A stretch of 48,051 nt of DNA, filler included, from Jimgerdemannia flammicorona (taxonomy: Eukaryota): the NCBI GenBank assembly GCA_003990765.1. It is 2 parts of 2 records of this genome, joined end to end, with 100 filler letters (N's around TTAATTAATTAA, not from the genome) between each part and the next. Parts side by side here need not be neighbours in the genome. Positions count along the whole stretch, not along the records: positions 24,083 to 48,051 come from RBNJ01001039.1; 1 more part is not named here. The stretch is one strand, 5' to 3'. Positions within the stretch are counted from its first letter, which is position 1. Each line of letters opens with the position of its first letter. The notes under the pieces are model-generated. The model had not been told where the DNA came from, ran no database searches, and worked only from the letters and a program-made list of their open reading frames with translations. Positions 36,663-48,051 of this stretch are shown in pieces. Position numbers and translations under genes: made by a program.

Positions 36663-37870
36663 TTACTTTTGATCAAGGTTACTTTTTAAGTCAATTTGAG
36701 TTGCAAATTAGCTATTTTATTTCTCTAATTGGGCTTTTAATTTATTAATTTTCCTTATTAGTTCTTTGAGAGTTAATTTTTTTAACCTTTCTACTTCTGC
36801 TTCTAATTCTTTAATCTTGTCTAATAAATCTTACTTCTGTCCTTTACTTCACTCTTCAGATTTTTTTATAAATTTCTCATGGGCTTTTCTTTTTTTAGCT
36901 ATTGTTCATTCAGTATTATTTTATTATTCTTGTAAGATATTTATTTGTCATTCATATCTAGTAGATGCTCTTTCTTTATGAGACAAGATGGGAAGTTCTT
37001 TTTTATTACTGTCAGAACAATTGTACTGAAAACTCATTCTAATCTTTAATTTTCAATATTTCTCACATTTAGATAGTTCATTATTCTCAAATTTTTCCTT
37101 ACACCCTTCATAAGTATAAGCATTACTTCTATTTGAGCAACTATTTCTTGAGTTTGAGACTTAATTTTTTCTACCAATTTCTGAGCCTTAACTTTTATTT
37201 CTATTTCTAAGTATTAAAATCTATTTTGCTTTTTAGGTAAAAGAGGTGAGGGCTTATCAGCTAAATTAAGCAATTTTTCTGTATTGGAATTGTTTCTCTT
37301 ACTTTTCTCAATAATTCTACATTATCTCTTACTTTTTCTTACAATTTTTGAATTTCTCTTTCTTGATTTTTAATTGTAACACAGTTTTGCTAAATGGTTT
37401 CTGAATTATCTCTAATTTCCTCTTTTAAAGATGCTTCCTTTTGTCATTCTATTCCTTACTAATTTCAGTAAAAGAGATAAAGTGAGTTTTGGTATCCACT
37501 TTCTATTTCTCAATAATTCTCATAACAATCTCATTGAGTTTATCTAATTCACTACTTTTGATTTTCTCTAATAATTTTTATAGTTCTCCTTTCAACCAAT
37601 AAACTCTTTTATTTTCTATATTCTCTTCTGTTAATTCAGAATGATCTAATAAAAGTTCCTTGATAGTTTTCTTAAAACTTTCATGTTCAATTTTAACTTT
37701 TGCAGTTTATTCAGAAATATCTTTTACTATATCTTCAAGAGAAACACTATGAAAATAATAATAATTTCTAAACTCTTTCCTTTAGTCTTCTTCAAATAGT
37801 TCTTTTTTTATCTTATTCTCTTCTTACTTTCCTCTAAATCTAAATCTTATAGAGTAGAGAAAATATCTTT
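36663..37870 (-). pseudogene. Two abutting intronless, K/E-rich coiled-coil ORF relics, possibly of endobacterial origin
   Basis: The upstream ORF ends ...KAQKLVEKIKSQTQEIVAQIEV. The next begins at ~37123 (YTYEGCKEKFENNELSKCEK) and ends DLLDKIKELEAEVERLKKL...FATQIDLK. Confidence 0.5.
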
Positions 37871-37880
37871 TTTAATATCA

Positions 37881-39150
37881 TTTATTTTATTTTATTTTAT
37901 TTTATTTTTTTTTTTATTTTTTTTATAGTCACTTGGACTCACCCTTTATTACCCCATCTATCCTATATAAGTACAGTAGTCCCACCCCCTATCCAATCCC
38001 ACCTAGGGGGGCCCCTCCCCCCTATTCCTTCTCAACAAAAAACTACTCTATTGAATACAATCCCCACTCTCCCACCACTCTGTTTGCATATCCTCACCAC
38101 CAAACCTTGCTGCCACCCCCCTGAAGGACCCCAACCTATCTACCATCCAGTCATCAGATCCCCCAACAGCTCCTCCCACCTTAAAACCTTCTTCTGCAGT
38201 CTTATCTGCCTGTGGCAAGGAAGAAGACTATAGATTAGTTGGGAGATGGTAGTCATGTATACAGTAGATAGTGGATTGGGGCTGGTGAATTTTAGGAGGT
38301 AGCTGAAGGTGCTTCAGGGTTGGTGGGGCTGTTGATTGGTGGAATTAGGAGTGGATAGTTGGGGCAAACTGGCCATGGACAATTGGGAAGTCAGGTTTTG
38401 CCCCTGTGGTGAGGTTCAGAAGGATATACATGGGTTGCTGCAGGTTGGCAGGGTTAGCAGATTGTGGTACTGGGGGTTCTGGTGGGGCATTGTGAAAGCT
38501 TGGCTGGCAATGGGCCTTACTGGTCTGGAGCTAGGTGAAGAGGAGGATGTGGAATAGAGATGGTAGTGCCTGGGTGATATTTGGATTGGTGGCCACTGGT
38601 TGGTGGAATACTCTCTATCCAGGGCTATGGAATGGATCCAAATGGGTCCACTTGAGAGATGGCCAGTTGGCTGGCAGAAGGCTGAGTTTGGAGAGAATTG
38701 GGAGTGGGACTCGGTTTGGGAATGGGGGACCTCATTGCTCAAGGTTGTACCACCTAAGCTCTGGGTGGTATGGTGGAGATTTTTGCAGAGGAATATCATG
38801 CCGGGGTATAGGACAGGGTGGATGGAGGCTGAAGGTGTGAGGGTATGCAAGTGGTGCTGTGAGCTAGATAGGAGTGTGGTGCAGATGCCGGAGCATGTCG
38901 TGGCAGCATGCCCAGGGGTGGAGAGATTTTGGCAGACATTGGAAAGCTACTGGAGTGGCAAAAGTGAGCATGCAGGGGGCCCCACTAGTCGGGTGATCAA
39001 GCAGCAACTAGTGGGAGAGATTGGGGACATTTGGGGGGGCCTAGGCTGGATTATTGGCATCTGGGTCCTGATGGCGGTGCACTGGCAATGGGTGTTCAAG
39101 AAGGATCTTTGGATGGGGATTGGCAAATTGGTGGAGTGGTGGAAGGGGCA
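37881..39150 (-). mobile_element. 5'-truncated LINE with an internal inversion (twin-priming-like)
   Basis: A T-rich tail and 3' UTR lie on the minus strand (37881-~38200) and match the 3' end at ~29800. They are joined to a plus-strand ORF2 C-terminus at ~38200-39150 (CKWCC...PEHVVAACP, zf-RVT). Confidence 0.7.
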
Positions 39151-39159
39151 TAGTCCACT

Positions 39160-42100
39160 ATATTTCACGTTACACACGTTTCACAACACTCTTTCAAATC
39201 ATTTATTGGAGAAAGATATTAAGAAGATATCAAGCAGCAAGCAAGCTGATGTATATACTAGGTTGGGTGGACCTGGGGCTTTTGACTGGCAGTCTTTCAG
39301 TGGCTCGAGTGGACTGGGCAGCTTGGATAGTGGAGGCAGCACCAGTGGGGGGGCTGGAGGGTGGCAGGGGAGGAGCTTTGCAGACACACTGAGGACTGGG
39401 GGTTGGCCGATGGGAGCCTGTAGTGATCAGGTAGGAGGGAAGGGGAAGCAGAAGGCTGGGGATGCTAGGGGAGCTGGGCCTTCACTGGTGGGAGGTGGGG
39501 GAAGTAGAGGGACTGCTGGGGGTAGTGGCAGGACTGCTGATGGTGGTATGATGACAAATTAGGAAAAAAAAAGAGATGTGATTGTTGATGGTCAGGGGGG
39601 GCAGGGATTCCCAATGTGGAAAGAGGACCTGGCAGATGGTGAAACAGGACTGGTGGTGGCCCCATTGCTCAAGAAGTCGATTTCGGAGTTTGTGGCTACC
39701 TTGTGCTTCTGGGACTTGGCAGTGATGGTAAGGATGGTCCCAGGGCTTATCTCAAAGCAGGTGGCTGGGGTGGCCTCGGTGAAATTCTTGAAGGGCCTGG
39801 AGGGGGTTGAGGTGGGCTTTGAGGAGGCAGGCCTCCTAGATGAGGCCCTGAAGACTGGAGTGGTGGTTGGGGAGGTGGCAGTCCCCTTGGTGAGGTGCTT
39901 GAGGTGGGACCCCAGGGTGGTGCAGCTTCTAGTGAGGGGGGTGCCCACAGTGACTAAGAAGGAGACTAGGAGGAGAGTAGAGGAGGTGATGGCAGAGTAT
40001 GGAAATATAGTGGACATCGGCTTTTAGGTGTGGGAGGGGATGATGATCAGGACAGGCGATGTTGATATCAGGATTGGGCTGGCAGGGAAGGAGGCCACTG
40101 GAAAGATAAGTGACTGGCCCTTAGTGTTGATGTGGGGGGCCTTTGTCTATAAGGTGTCGAGGGTGAAAGGGAGTGAAGAGGAGGAGGAGGACTTGTTGGA
40201 GGCACTGGAGGAGTTGGGTGGTGCTGTAGAGAGGAGGGTGAAAGCCTGGAAGCTCTATGAGGAGTCAACATACCTGGAGATTGTTGAGGGAAAGCAAATC
40301 TGCACTGACAAGAGGCAGTGGGAGTGGGCCCAGAGGTGCCTGAGGCAGAGGGAGCTCTTGGCAAGTATGACAGGAGGGGAGAAGAGGAAGGTAAATGGGG
40401 CTGAGGAGTCTGGAGGTGTCAAAGCCAGTGGGCTAGTGAAGGAGAGAAGGAGGCAGTGGTGATGGAAGAATGGGCTGCGAAGGTGCTGGGCAAGGATCTC
40501 TATACTGATAGTACTTTTGAAGTTTGGGAGGAGGAATTGTATAGCATCCCCCCCCTCCACTTGTCAGGAGGGGCCCAGTGGGGCAGAGAGGGGCAGCAGA
40601 GAATGTACCAATGCAGGGGGCTCAGTGAGTTACCTTTGGGGTCTCAGATGTGGCGAAAGGGGGTCAGGTGGTGGCAGTTGGTCAGGATGAGCTGGTGGAC
40701 ATCCCAGAGGAGGAGTGGAATGAGGATGCCAGTGTAGGTTGATACTATGATACTGGATACAGGGTGGCTGGAGACCCCTGGAGGGAAGAAGATCGGGAAT
40801 CTGCTGTAGATGAGCAAGGTGATGGATAACCTTGTAGCTGAGGTGTTGGGAGAAGTGGATCTAGGGGTCATGCCGGAGGAGCACTGGGCACAGATTCTGC
40901 AAGGTGATGGAGTGATGGAGGCACTGAAGGTGGAGATTCTTGTGATCTTACTGGAAGAAGAGGGATATGAGGTGGATGAGGTGAGGAAGGCAGAGCTGGT
41001 AGTTGTTGCTGGTGAGCGGGCTGCCTACTGTTGGGCAGAACAACATGGTTTGCAGTTCTGGCAGGAGGCCTGTGTGGAGTATCGGGAGGACTTTGAGGAG
41101 AAAGAGGATGGCGCTATGGTTGAACTTCTGGGGGGGTTGGAGGCACAAGAAGTTGAGAAGAAGGAACTGGCTGTGATATACATTTTGGATTTGATACAGG
41201 AGGACTTGAGTGTGGAGTTGTAGAGGAGAAGTTTGATCTTTAACAATATTCCATATGAACAGTATAACTAGCATTTTCTCTCTCAATGTGAATGGCCTTC
41301 AAGGATCAGTGTGGCATAAGAACATTTTTACATAGCTAAAGGGATTGGAGGCTGATCTCTTTTTACTACAAGATATAAGGTGTGAGGATGAGGATGATCA
41401 GGTAGAGTGGACTAAGGAATGGGGTGGGGCTACCACTTGGTTTGGAAAGGTGGCGATTCTGGTAAAGAAGGGTAGAGGAGATTTGGAGGGAATCAAGAGC
41501 TGGGGAGATCATTTGGTCTGGGGTGAATGGCACTAGCCAGGGTGGAAATTGGTGAGGGTGGGCTCTTGTTACTGTCCAGTGGCTAGGGGAGAGAGAATTG
41601 CATGGATTAGGGAGCTACTGGAGGAGGGCATTCTCTTGGAGGAAGGGGTCAATGTTCTTGGTGGTGATTTTAACATGGTTCGGGATTTGTGGCTGGATAG
41701 AACTGATGGAGAGAGGAATACCGGTGGGAGAAGTGGTGGTCTAGATGCGTGGGAGGAGGTGGAAAGCCTTAGCTCCATAGGGGATATGGGCAGAACATAG
41801 TGGGGCAACTCCAGGGTCTACACACACTGGGTGAATGGACTAGAGATGAGGATTGACGGGATTTTGATGGCCAAATGTTGGGATACTGATGTCTGGAAGA
41901 CTTTGGAGGTGGTGTGGTGCCTGTGGTCTGATCACTGGAGACTGCTTGGGCAGGGGCAGTTTGGGGGGAGTGGAGATGGACCCAGACATTGGCACCTTAA
42001 CTCCTCCCTGCTGACTGAGAAGGGGTTGTGGAACTTATAGGTAGAGGATGTCCAGGCAAAGATTCTGCTCTGGAGGCAGGAGGGTTTGTCTGTAGGTATT

Positions 42101-43620
42101 CATTGGATGAGGTTGAAGGAGGCTGCGAGGGTCTATCGGGGTGGAGCTGGTAGAGAGACAGGGAGACAGAGGAGGAGGCAAGTACAGTGTGCTTCAAATA
42201 GGCTGAGGGGATTGCAGTTGGAGTGGGCAGATTTGCTTACGTCTGATGAGGTGGGGGATTGGAGGTTAGAGAGGGCGAAATTGGAAGTAGTGGAACTGCA
42301 ACAGGTGTTGAGAGAGGAGGAGGAGACTCATATGCGAGAAATGGCTGCCAGGCTATGGTGGCAGGGGCTTGAGGAGGGGGAGAGGCCTACTAGGTACTTG
42401 TCTAGGCTCCTCAAAGCCAGGCAGGTGAGACATTGGTGGGATGGGGTCTTTGATGCTGAGAGAGAGTTGGTGCATGGTATGCAGCAGATCCTGAGAGTAT
42501 TGAAGGAGAATTGGCAGGGTCTGTGGAGTGAGGAAGAAGGGAGTACTGATGCAGAGGCGATTGGCGACACACTGGAGGAGTGGGAGCTGCCACAGGTAGA
42601 GAGACTGGGTGACCTAATCTTACCAGTCTGGGAGGAGGAGATTCAAGGAGTTCTGGCCGCAACTAAGCTTGGGACAGTGCCTGGGGAGGATGGGTTACCA
42701 TGGGACTTCTGGAAGTAGATGGCAAAAGTCTCTGAAATGCTGGAAGAGATAGCTGTCCTCTGTGAATATGTTATTCTATATAGCATGTGGGTTGGAGAGC
42801 AGAACTTAGGGCTGGTGGCATTATTGTACAAAGACAAGAGCAGGCATGAGGATTGGAAGAATTGGAGACCAATCATGCTTCTAGATATGGATCGGAAGTT
42901 GGTGACTAAGGTGATTGTTGTGAGACTACAGAAGGTTGCCCAACAGGTGCTGAGTGAGGAGCAGTGGGGCTTTATAGGTGGTAGGCTTATCAGAGATGGA
43001 ACTGCCTGGGTGTATGGTATTATTGAAGGAGCCCAGGCCTGTGGACTAGATGGTAGACTGGTTTTTTTTGGAATAGGAGAAGGCCTATGACCATGTTCAG
43101 TGGGTTTGGCTGGGCAAGATGCTGGACAGAATTGGTGTTCCACCACAGTTTCGAGCCTCTATGTTAAGTTTGTTGGATGGGAGTAGAGCAGCACTATTGT
43201 ATAATAGTCACAGGGGTTTGATGTTCCCCTTGAGGAGGGGTGTCCCTCAAGGGGACCTGCTATCTCCTATTCTTTATGCACTCTCCTTGGAACTTTTGAT
43301 AGATAGGATCCATAGGAGGGTGGCTGGGCTCTCTATGTATGGTGTGGAGTGGAAGGTGGGGGCCTTTGCAGATGATATGGTAGTTGGACTTGGATCAGTA
43401 GTAGATGTAGAGGCTCTTCAGGAAACAGTGGAGTGGTATGAGGCACACTCTGGAGCAAGGCTCAACTGGCATAAGTGTGAGACAATGGTGTTGGGGAATG
43501 GGCTAGTGGGAGGGAATGTCATTGGAATAATTGTCTCTACAGGAGAGGTGGTGCAGTATCTTGGTATCTTCATCTCTGTATATGGATCAGTCCTGCCATG
43601 GGTGTGGTGGAAGAGGAGGG
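39160..43620 (+). mobile_element. L1/Tx1-like LINE: 5' UTR, ORF1, and ORF2 truncated after the RT domain
   Basis: The 5' UTR matches ~46620. ORF1 ~39226-41223. ORF2 from ~41255: SLNVNGL, LFLLQD, VLGGDFNMV, RIDGIL, WSDH, PGEDGLP, NWRPIMLLDMDRK, RGVPQGDLLSP, AFADDMVV. Confidence 0.92.
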
Positions 43621-46050
43621 TCCATTCTACCTGATCATCTTCATCCTCACACCGTACATCCTGTAGTAAAAAGAGATCAGCCTCCAATCCCTTTAGCCAT
43701 ATAAAAATGTTCTTACACCACCCAGATCCTCAAAGACCATTCACATTAAGTGAGAAAATATTAGTTGTACTGTTTATGAGGAATATTGTTAAAGATTAAA
43801 CCTCTCCTCTACAAATCCACACTCAAGTCCCCCTATGTCAAATCCAAGACATGTTCCACAGCCAGATCCTTCTTCTCAGCTCTCTGTGCCTCCAATCCCT
43901 CCAGAAGTTCAACCATTGCCCCATCCTCTTTCTCCTTAAAGTCCTCCCGATACTCCCCACAGGCCTCCTGCCAGAACTGCAAACCATGGCATTCTGCCCA
44001 ACAGTAGGCAGCCTGCTCACCTGTGACAACCACCAGCTCAGCCTTCCTCATCTCATCTATCTCATAACCCTTGTCCTCCAGTAGTATGATAAGAATCTCT
44101 ATCTTCAGTGCTTCCACCACTCCCTCACCTTTCAAAATCTGTGCCCAGTGCTCCTCTGGCATGACTCTCAGATCCACTTCCCCCAACACCTCAGCCACAA
44201 GGTTATCCACCACCTTGCTCATCCACAGCAGATTTCCAATCTCCTTCCCTCCAGGGGTCCCTGGCTGCCCTGCATCCAGCATCATAGTATCTACACCTAC
44301 ATATACTGGCATCCTCATTCCACTCCTCCTCTGGGACATTCACCAGCTCGTCCTCACCAATTGCCACCACCTGGCCCCCTTTTGCCACATCTGGGACCCC
44401 AAAGGTAACTCGCTGGGCTCCCTGCATTGGGACATCTTCTGCTGCCCCTCTCTATCCCACCGGGCCCCTCCTGATAAGTGGGGGGGGGGTGCTATCTGAC
44501 TCCTCACTGCCACCACTCATCCTCCTTTTGGTATATCAGAAACTCTAAAGTGTACTTGCTGAGCACTCCACATTAACTCATTCTCTGCCATCTGACCTCT
44601 CACAGCAGGACCTTATCTGACTAGAGGAAGAGTGTCTTTCAAGACTGGTTTCCAGACTTTGAACATACTATCAGCAAATGGGTCCTTGTCCAGTATCTTC
44701 CTGACCCCATCCAGGCTCTCTTCTACATCTTCTCCTCCCTTACTAGTCCAGATACTTGCCTCTATACCCCCAGACTTCTCAGTGCCCCCAGTATTCTTTT
44801 TCACCCCTCCTGCCATGCTCACTAGCAGCTTCCTCTGCTTCTTGCATCCTTGAGCTCTCTCTCACTGCCTCTTGGCAGTGTAAATATGTTTCCCATTGAC
44901 AATCTCCAAATGCATCATCTCTATATACAACTTTCAGGCCTTTGCCCTCTACTCTACTGCTCCACTCATCTTCTCCAGAGTCTCTAACAAGTCCTCCTCC
45001 TTCTCTTTACTCCCTTTCACCCTTGATATCTTACAGATAAAAGCCTCCTACATCATCACTGAAGGCTAGTCACTTGTCTTCTCCATGGCCTCTCTCTTAG
45101 TCAGTCTAATTCTGACATCCATGTCTCCTGTCTGGAAAGTGGTCCCCTTCCATATCTGGAAACTGATATTGACCACATTACTATACTCTGCCATCACCTC
45201 CTCCACTCTCCTTCTCGTCTCAACCTTCATTACCATAGACATCCCTTTACTAGTAACTGAACCACTCTGAGATCCTACCTCAAACACTGCACCATGGAGA
45301 CCACCACTTCACCAACAGTTACTCCAGATTTCAATACTTCCTCCAGCAGGCCTGCCTTCTCAAAACCCACTTCAACTCCCTCCAATCCTTTCAGGAACTT
45401 TACTAAGACAGCTCTAGCCATATGCTTCAAGATAATCTCCAGAACTATCCTTGCTATCACTGCCAAGCCCCAGAAGCACAAGGTTGCTATGAACTCTGAG
45501 ATCAACTTCTTGAATAATGGTGTCACCACCAGTCCCATAATACTATCAGCCAGATCTCTCTTTCTCTTGGGCTCATCTGCCCAGCCCACTCATCAACAGT
45601 CATATCTGGATTTTTTTCCAGATTCTCAGTCATACTACCATCAGCAGTCCTGTCTCTACTCCCAGCAGCTACTCCACCAGCCCTTCTTTCTACTGGCTGA
45701 GGTCTAGCACCTCCAACTTCTCCTTCTTTCTGCTTCCTCTTCTCTCCTACCTGCCTGCTACAAGCTCCCACCAGCCAACCTCCAGCCTTCAGCATATCTG
45801 CAAAGCTCCTCTTCTTCTGCCCTCTGGCCCCTCCACCAGAACTGCTTCTACTGTCCAAGCTGCTCTGCCCACTCAGACCACCAAAAGACCTCATTCTAAG
45901 CCCATACTCTTATCCAATATATTGCCAGTTGAAGGCCCCAGATCCACCCAACCTAGTATATATATCTACTTGCTTGTTGGTTACTATAACCTTAGTATCT
46001 TTCTCTAATAAATGGTTCAAAAGTATATTTTGAAGTTTGTTTTATGTGAG
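43621..46050 (-). mobile_element. LINE 5' half in inverted orientation (5' UTR, ORF1, start of ORF2)
   Basis: Reverse-complement homolog of ~39170-41410, ending in the APE domain at EDEDDQVEWT. Confidence 0.9.
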
Positions 46051-46235
46051 TAGTAGTGGAGAAAGATGTCTGGACTATATCTATATATCTTTACTCTTTA
46101 TATTTTTCTTTTTTTTCTTAATTCATCAGATGTTTCTGGTAATTCTTGCTTCTTGGAATTTAATTCTCATTGACTTTGTTCAGAAATATCTTCTTGATAA
46201 GATGGATTTATGTTTCTATTAGAACTGACATCTAA

Positions 46236-46410
46236 TCATTGATAAATTTCATAGATAATTCTCTCTTTATCCAAATATTCTTGAATAACTTCGGTGTTAA
46301 GTAGTTTGAAAATGTGTGGCACAATTTTTTCTCCTTGTTCTCTTTTCAATATGCTTCTGATGGTACTGTAATTCTTGGGTTCCTTTGTGGATTTGATGTA
46401 AATTAGTATC
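46236..46410 (-). pseudogene. Second copy of the small AT-rich ORF
   Basis: MILIYIKSTKEPKNYSTIRSILKREQGEKIVPHIFKLLNTEVIQEYLDKERIIYEIYQ*. Confidence 0.65.
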
Positions 46411-46569
46411 ATATTGATACAAGTAATTTTTATATAGAGATAATCATATATTTCTAACCACTTAATAATTTTATGGTTCATAAAAAACACATTACAGGAT
46501 GAATAACAAAAAGGTGAAATGTATCACCAAAAGTACAGTCTACACTCTTATGATTAATAGGCTCTCTAT

Positions 46570-48051
46570 AGGGGAAGTGCTTGAGATAGCTGTAAAGACA
46601 AAACACCTTTCTCCTGTACAATTCACGTTACACAAACCTTCAAGCAACAGTTCTCGACACAACTAGGAGTAAAGGTACTAGCAATATGTCTTCAAGCAAG
46701 AGTTCCGACGGGCGTACTGGGTCGGGGGGAGCTGGGGCTTTCGGCTGGCAGCAAGTGGGGAGGGGTTATGGCCTGGGGATGGGGGCCTTTGGAGGGTCGA
46801 ACGGTGGTGAGGGCTCTCGAGGAGGACTGGCGACAGGTGGTGTTGGCGGAAAGGCTGGTCCCTCGAGCTTTGCTGACAAGGTGAAGGGGAGTGGATGGCC
46901 TGCTGGAGACAGGGCTGGTGCTGCTGTGGGGAAGGGCAAGGCGAGCCTTGGGAGGGGGGGAGGTCCCCAGGCTGGGGGTGCGAGCGTAGGGGCTGGAGGG
47001 GCAGTGGCTGGGGGCGTGACTGCTGATGGGAGTGTGACGGGGAATCAAGAAAAAAAAAGAGATGTGACGGCTGATGGCCAGGTGGGGCAGGGGCTCCCGA
47101 TGCGGAAGGGGGACCTGGCCGATGGTGTGACGGGGCTGGCGGTGACTCCGTTACTCAAGAAGTCGATCTCGGAGTTCGCGGCAACCTTGTGCTTCCGGGG
47201 CCTAGCGGTGACGGCGAGGATGGTTCTGGGGCTTGTCTCAAAGCAGGTGGCTGGGGCAGCCTCGGTGAAGTTTTTGAAGAGGCTGGAGGGGGTTGAGGTG
47301 GGCTTTGAGGAGGCAGGCCCCCTGGAGGAGGCACTGAAGGCTGGGGTCGTGGTTGGGGAGGTGGTGGTCCCTATGGTGAGGTGCCTGCGATGGGACCCCA
47401 GGGTGGTGCAACTTCTGGTGAAGGGGGTACTCACAGTGACTAAGGAGGAGACGAGGAAGAGGGTGGAGGAGGTGATAATGGAGTATGGTGATGTGGTAGA
47501 CATCGGCTTTCAGGTGTGGGAGGGGACGACGATCAGGACAGGCAATGTTGATGTCAGAATTCGGCTGGCGGGCAAGGAGGCCACAGGGAAGGCGTGTGAC
47601 TGGCCTTCGGTATTGATGTGGGGGGCATTTATTTGCAAAGTGTCGAGGGTGAAGGGGAATGAGGAGGAGGAAGAGGATCTGCTGGAAGCGTTGGAGGAGA
47701 TAAGTGGAGCGGTGGAGCGCGGGCAAAGGCCTGGAAGCTCTATGAGGAGTCGACGCATCTGAAGATTGTAGAGGGGAAGTGCGTCCGTACTGACAAGAGG
47801 CAGTGGGAGAGGGCTCAGGGGCGCTTGAAGCAGAGGGAGCTCTTGGCGAGTATGACAGGAGGGGAGAAGAGGAAGGTTGATGGGGCTGAAGGGTCTGGAG
47901 GCGTCAAGGCTAGTGTATGGGCTGGCGAAGGCGGAAAGGAGGCGGTGGTGCCAGAAGAATGGGCTGCAAAGGTACTGGGCAGGGATCCTTATGCTGATGG
48001 TACTTTCGAGGTCTGGGAGGAGGAGTCGGATAGTACCCCCCCCCCACTTAT
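46570..48051 (+). mobile_element. Youngest LINE copy (CpG-rich): 5' UTR and ORF1 from 46686, one frameshift at ~47725, continuing past the window end
   Basis: 358-aa open ORF1 (Gly-rich N-terminus; LKKSISEFAATLCFRG...RCLRWDPRVVQLLV...GFQVWEGT) homologous to the other copies. Confidence 0.9.

Noticed and set aside
38600..39562. 320-aa ORF as a novel gene
   Set aside because: Chance read-through from one LINE's ORF2 C-terminus into the next LINE's 5' UTR and ORF1.
43418..43687. ORF joining endonuclease sequence to unrelated residues
   Set aside because: It spans the tail-to-tail junction of two LINE copies and is not a real gene.

Overview
Eukaryotic, intron-rich fungal genomic DNA; inferred to be an early-diverging Mucoromycota such as Endogonales, which is not provable here. 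Bases 1-8.4 kb form a CpG-rich gene block: Arp3 (-) lies head-to-head with a PPR protein ORF that runs with no stop codon, through one canonical intron, in frame into mitochondrial prolyl-tRNA synthetase, predicting a ~1550-aa tandem precursor. The remaining ~39 kb is mostly nested, C>T/G>A-decayed transposons. It holds a dUTPase-encoding Ty3/Gypsy element, a chromovirus whose ~2.06-kb LTR carries its own ~365-codon ORF (plus a solo copy of that LTR), an intron-containing hAT transposase, two hAT MITEs, a double foldback, five L1/Tx1-like LINE pieces and Sola-like transposase relics. It also holds a CpG-retaining PD-(D/E)XK-like nuclease gene island and decayed, bacterial-style ORFs that may derive from a Mollicutes-related endosymbiont. 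There is a scaffold gap at 23983-24082.
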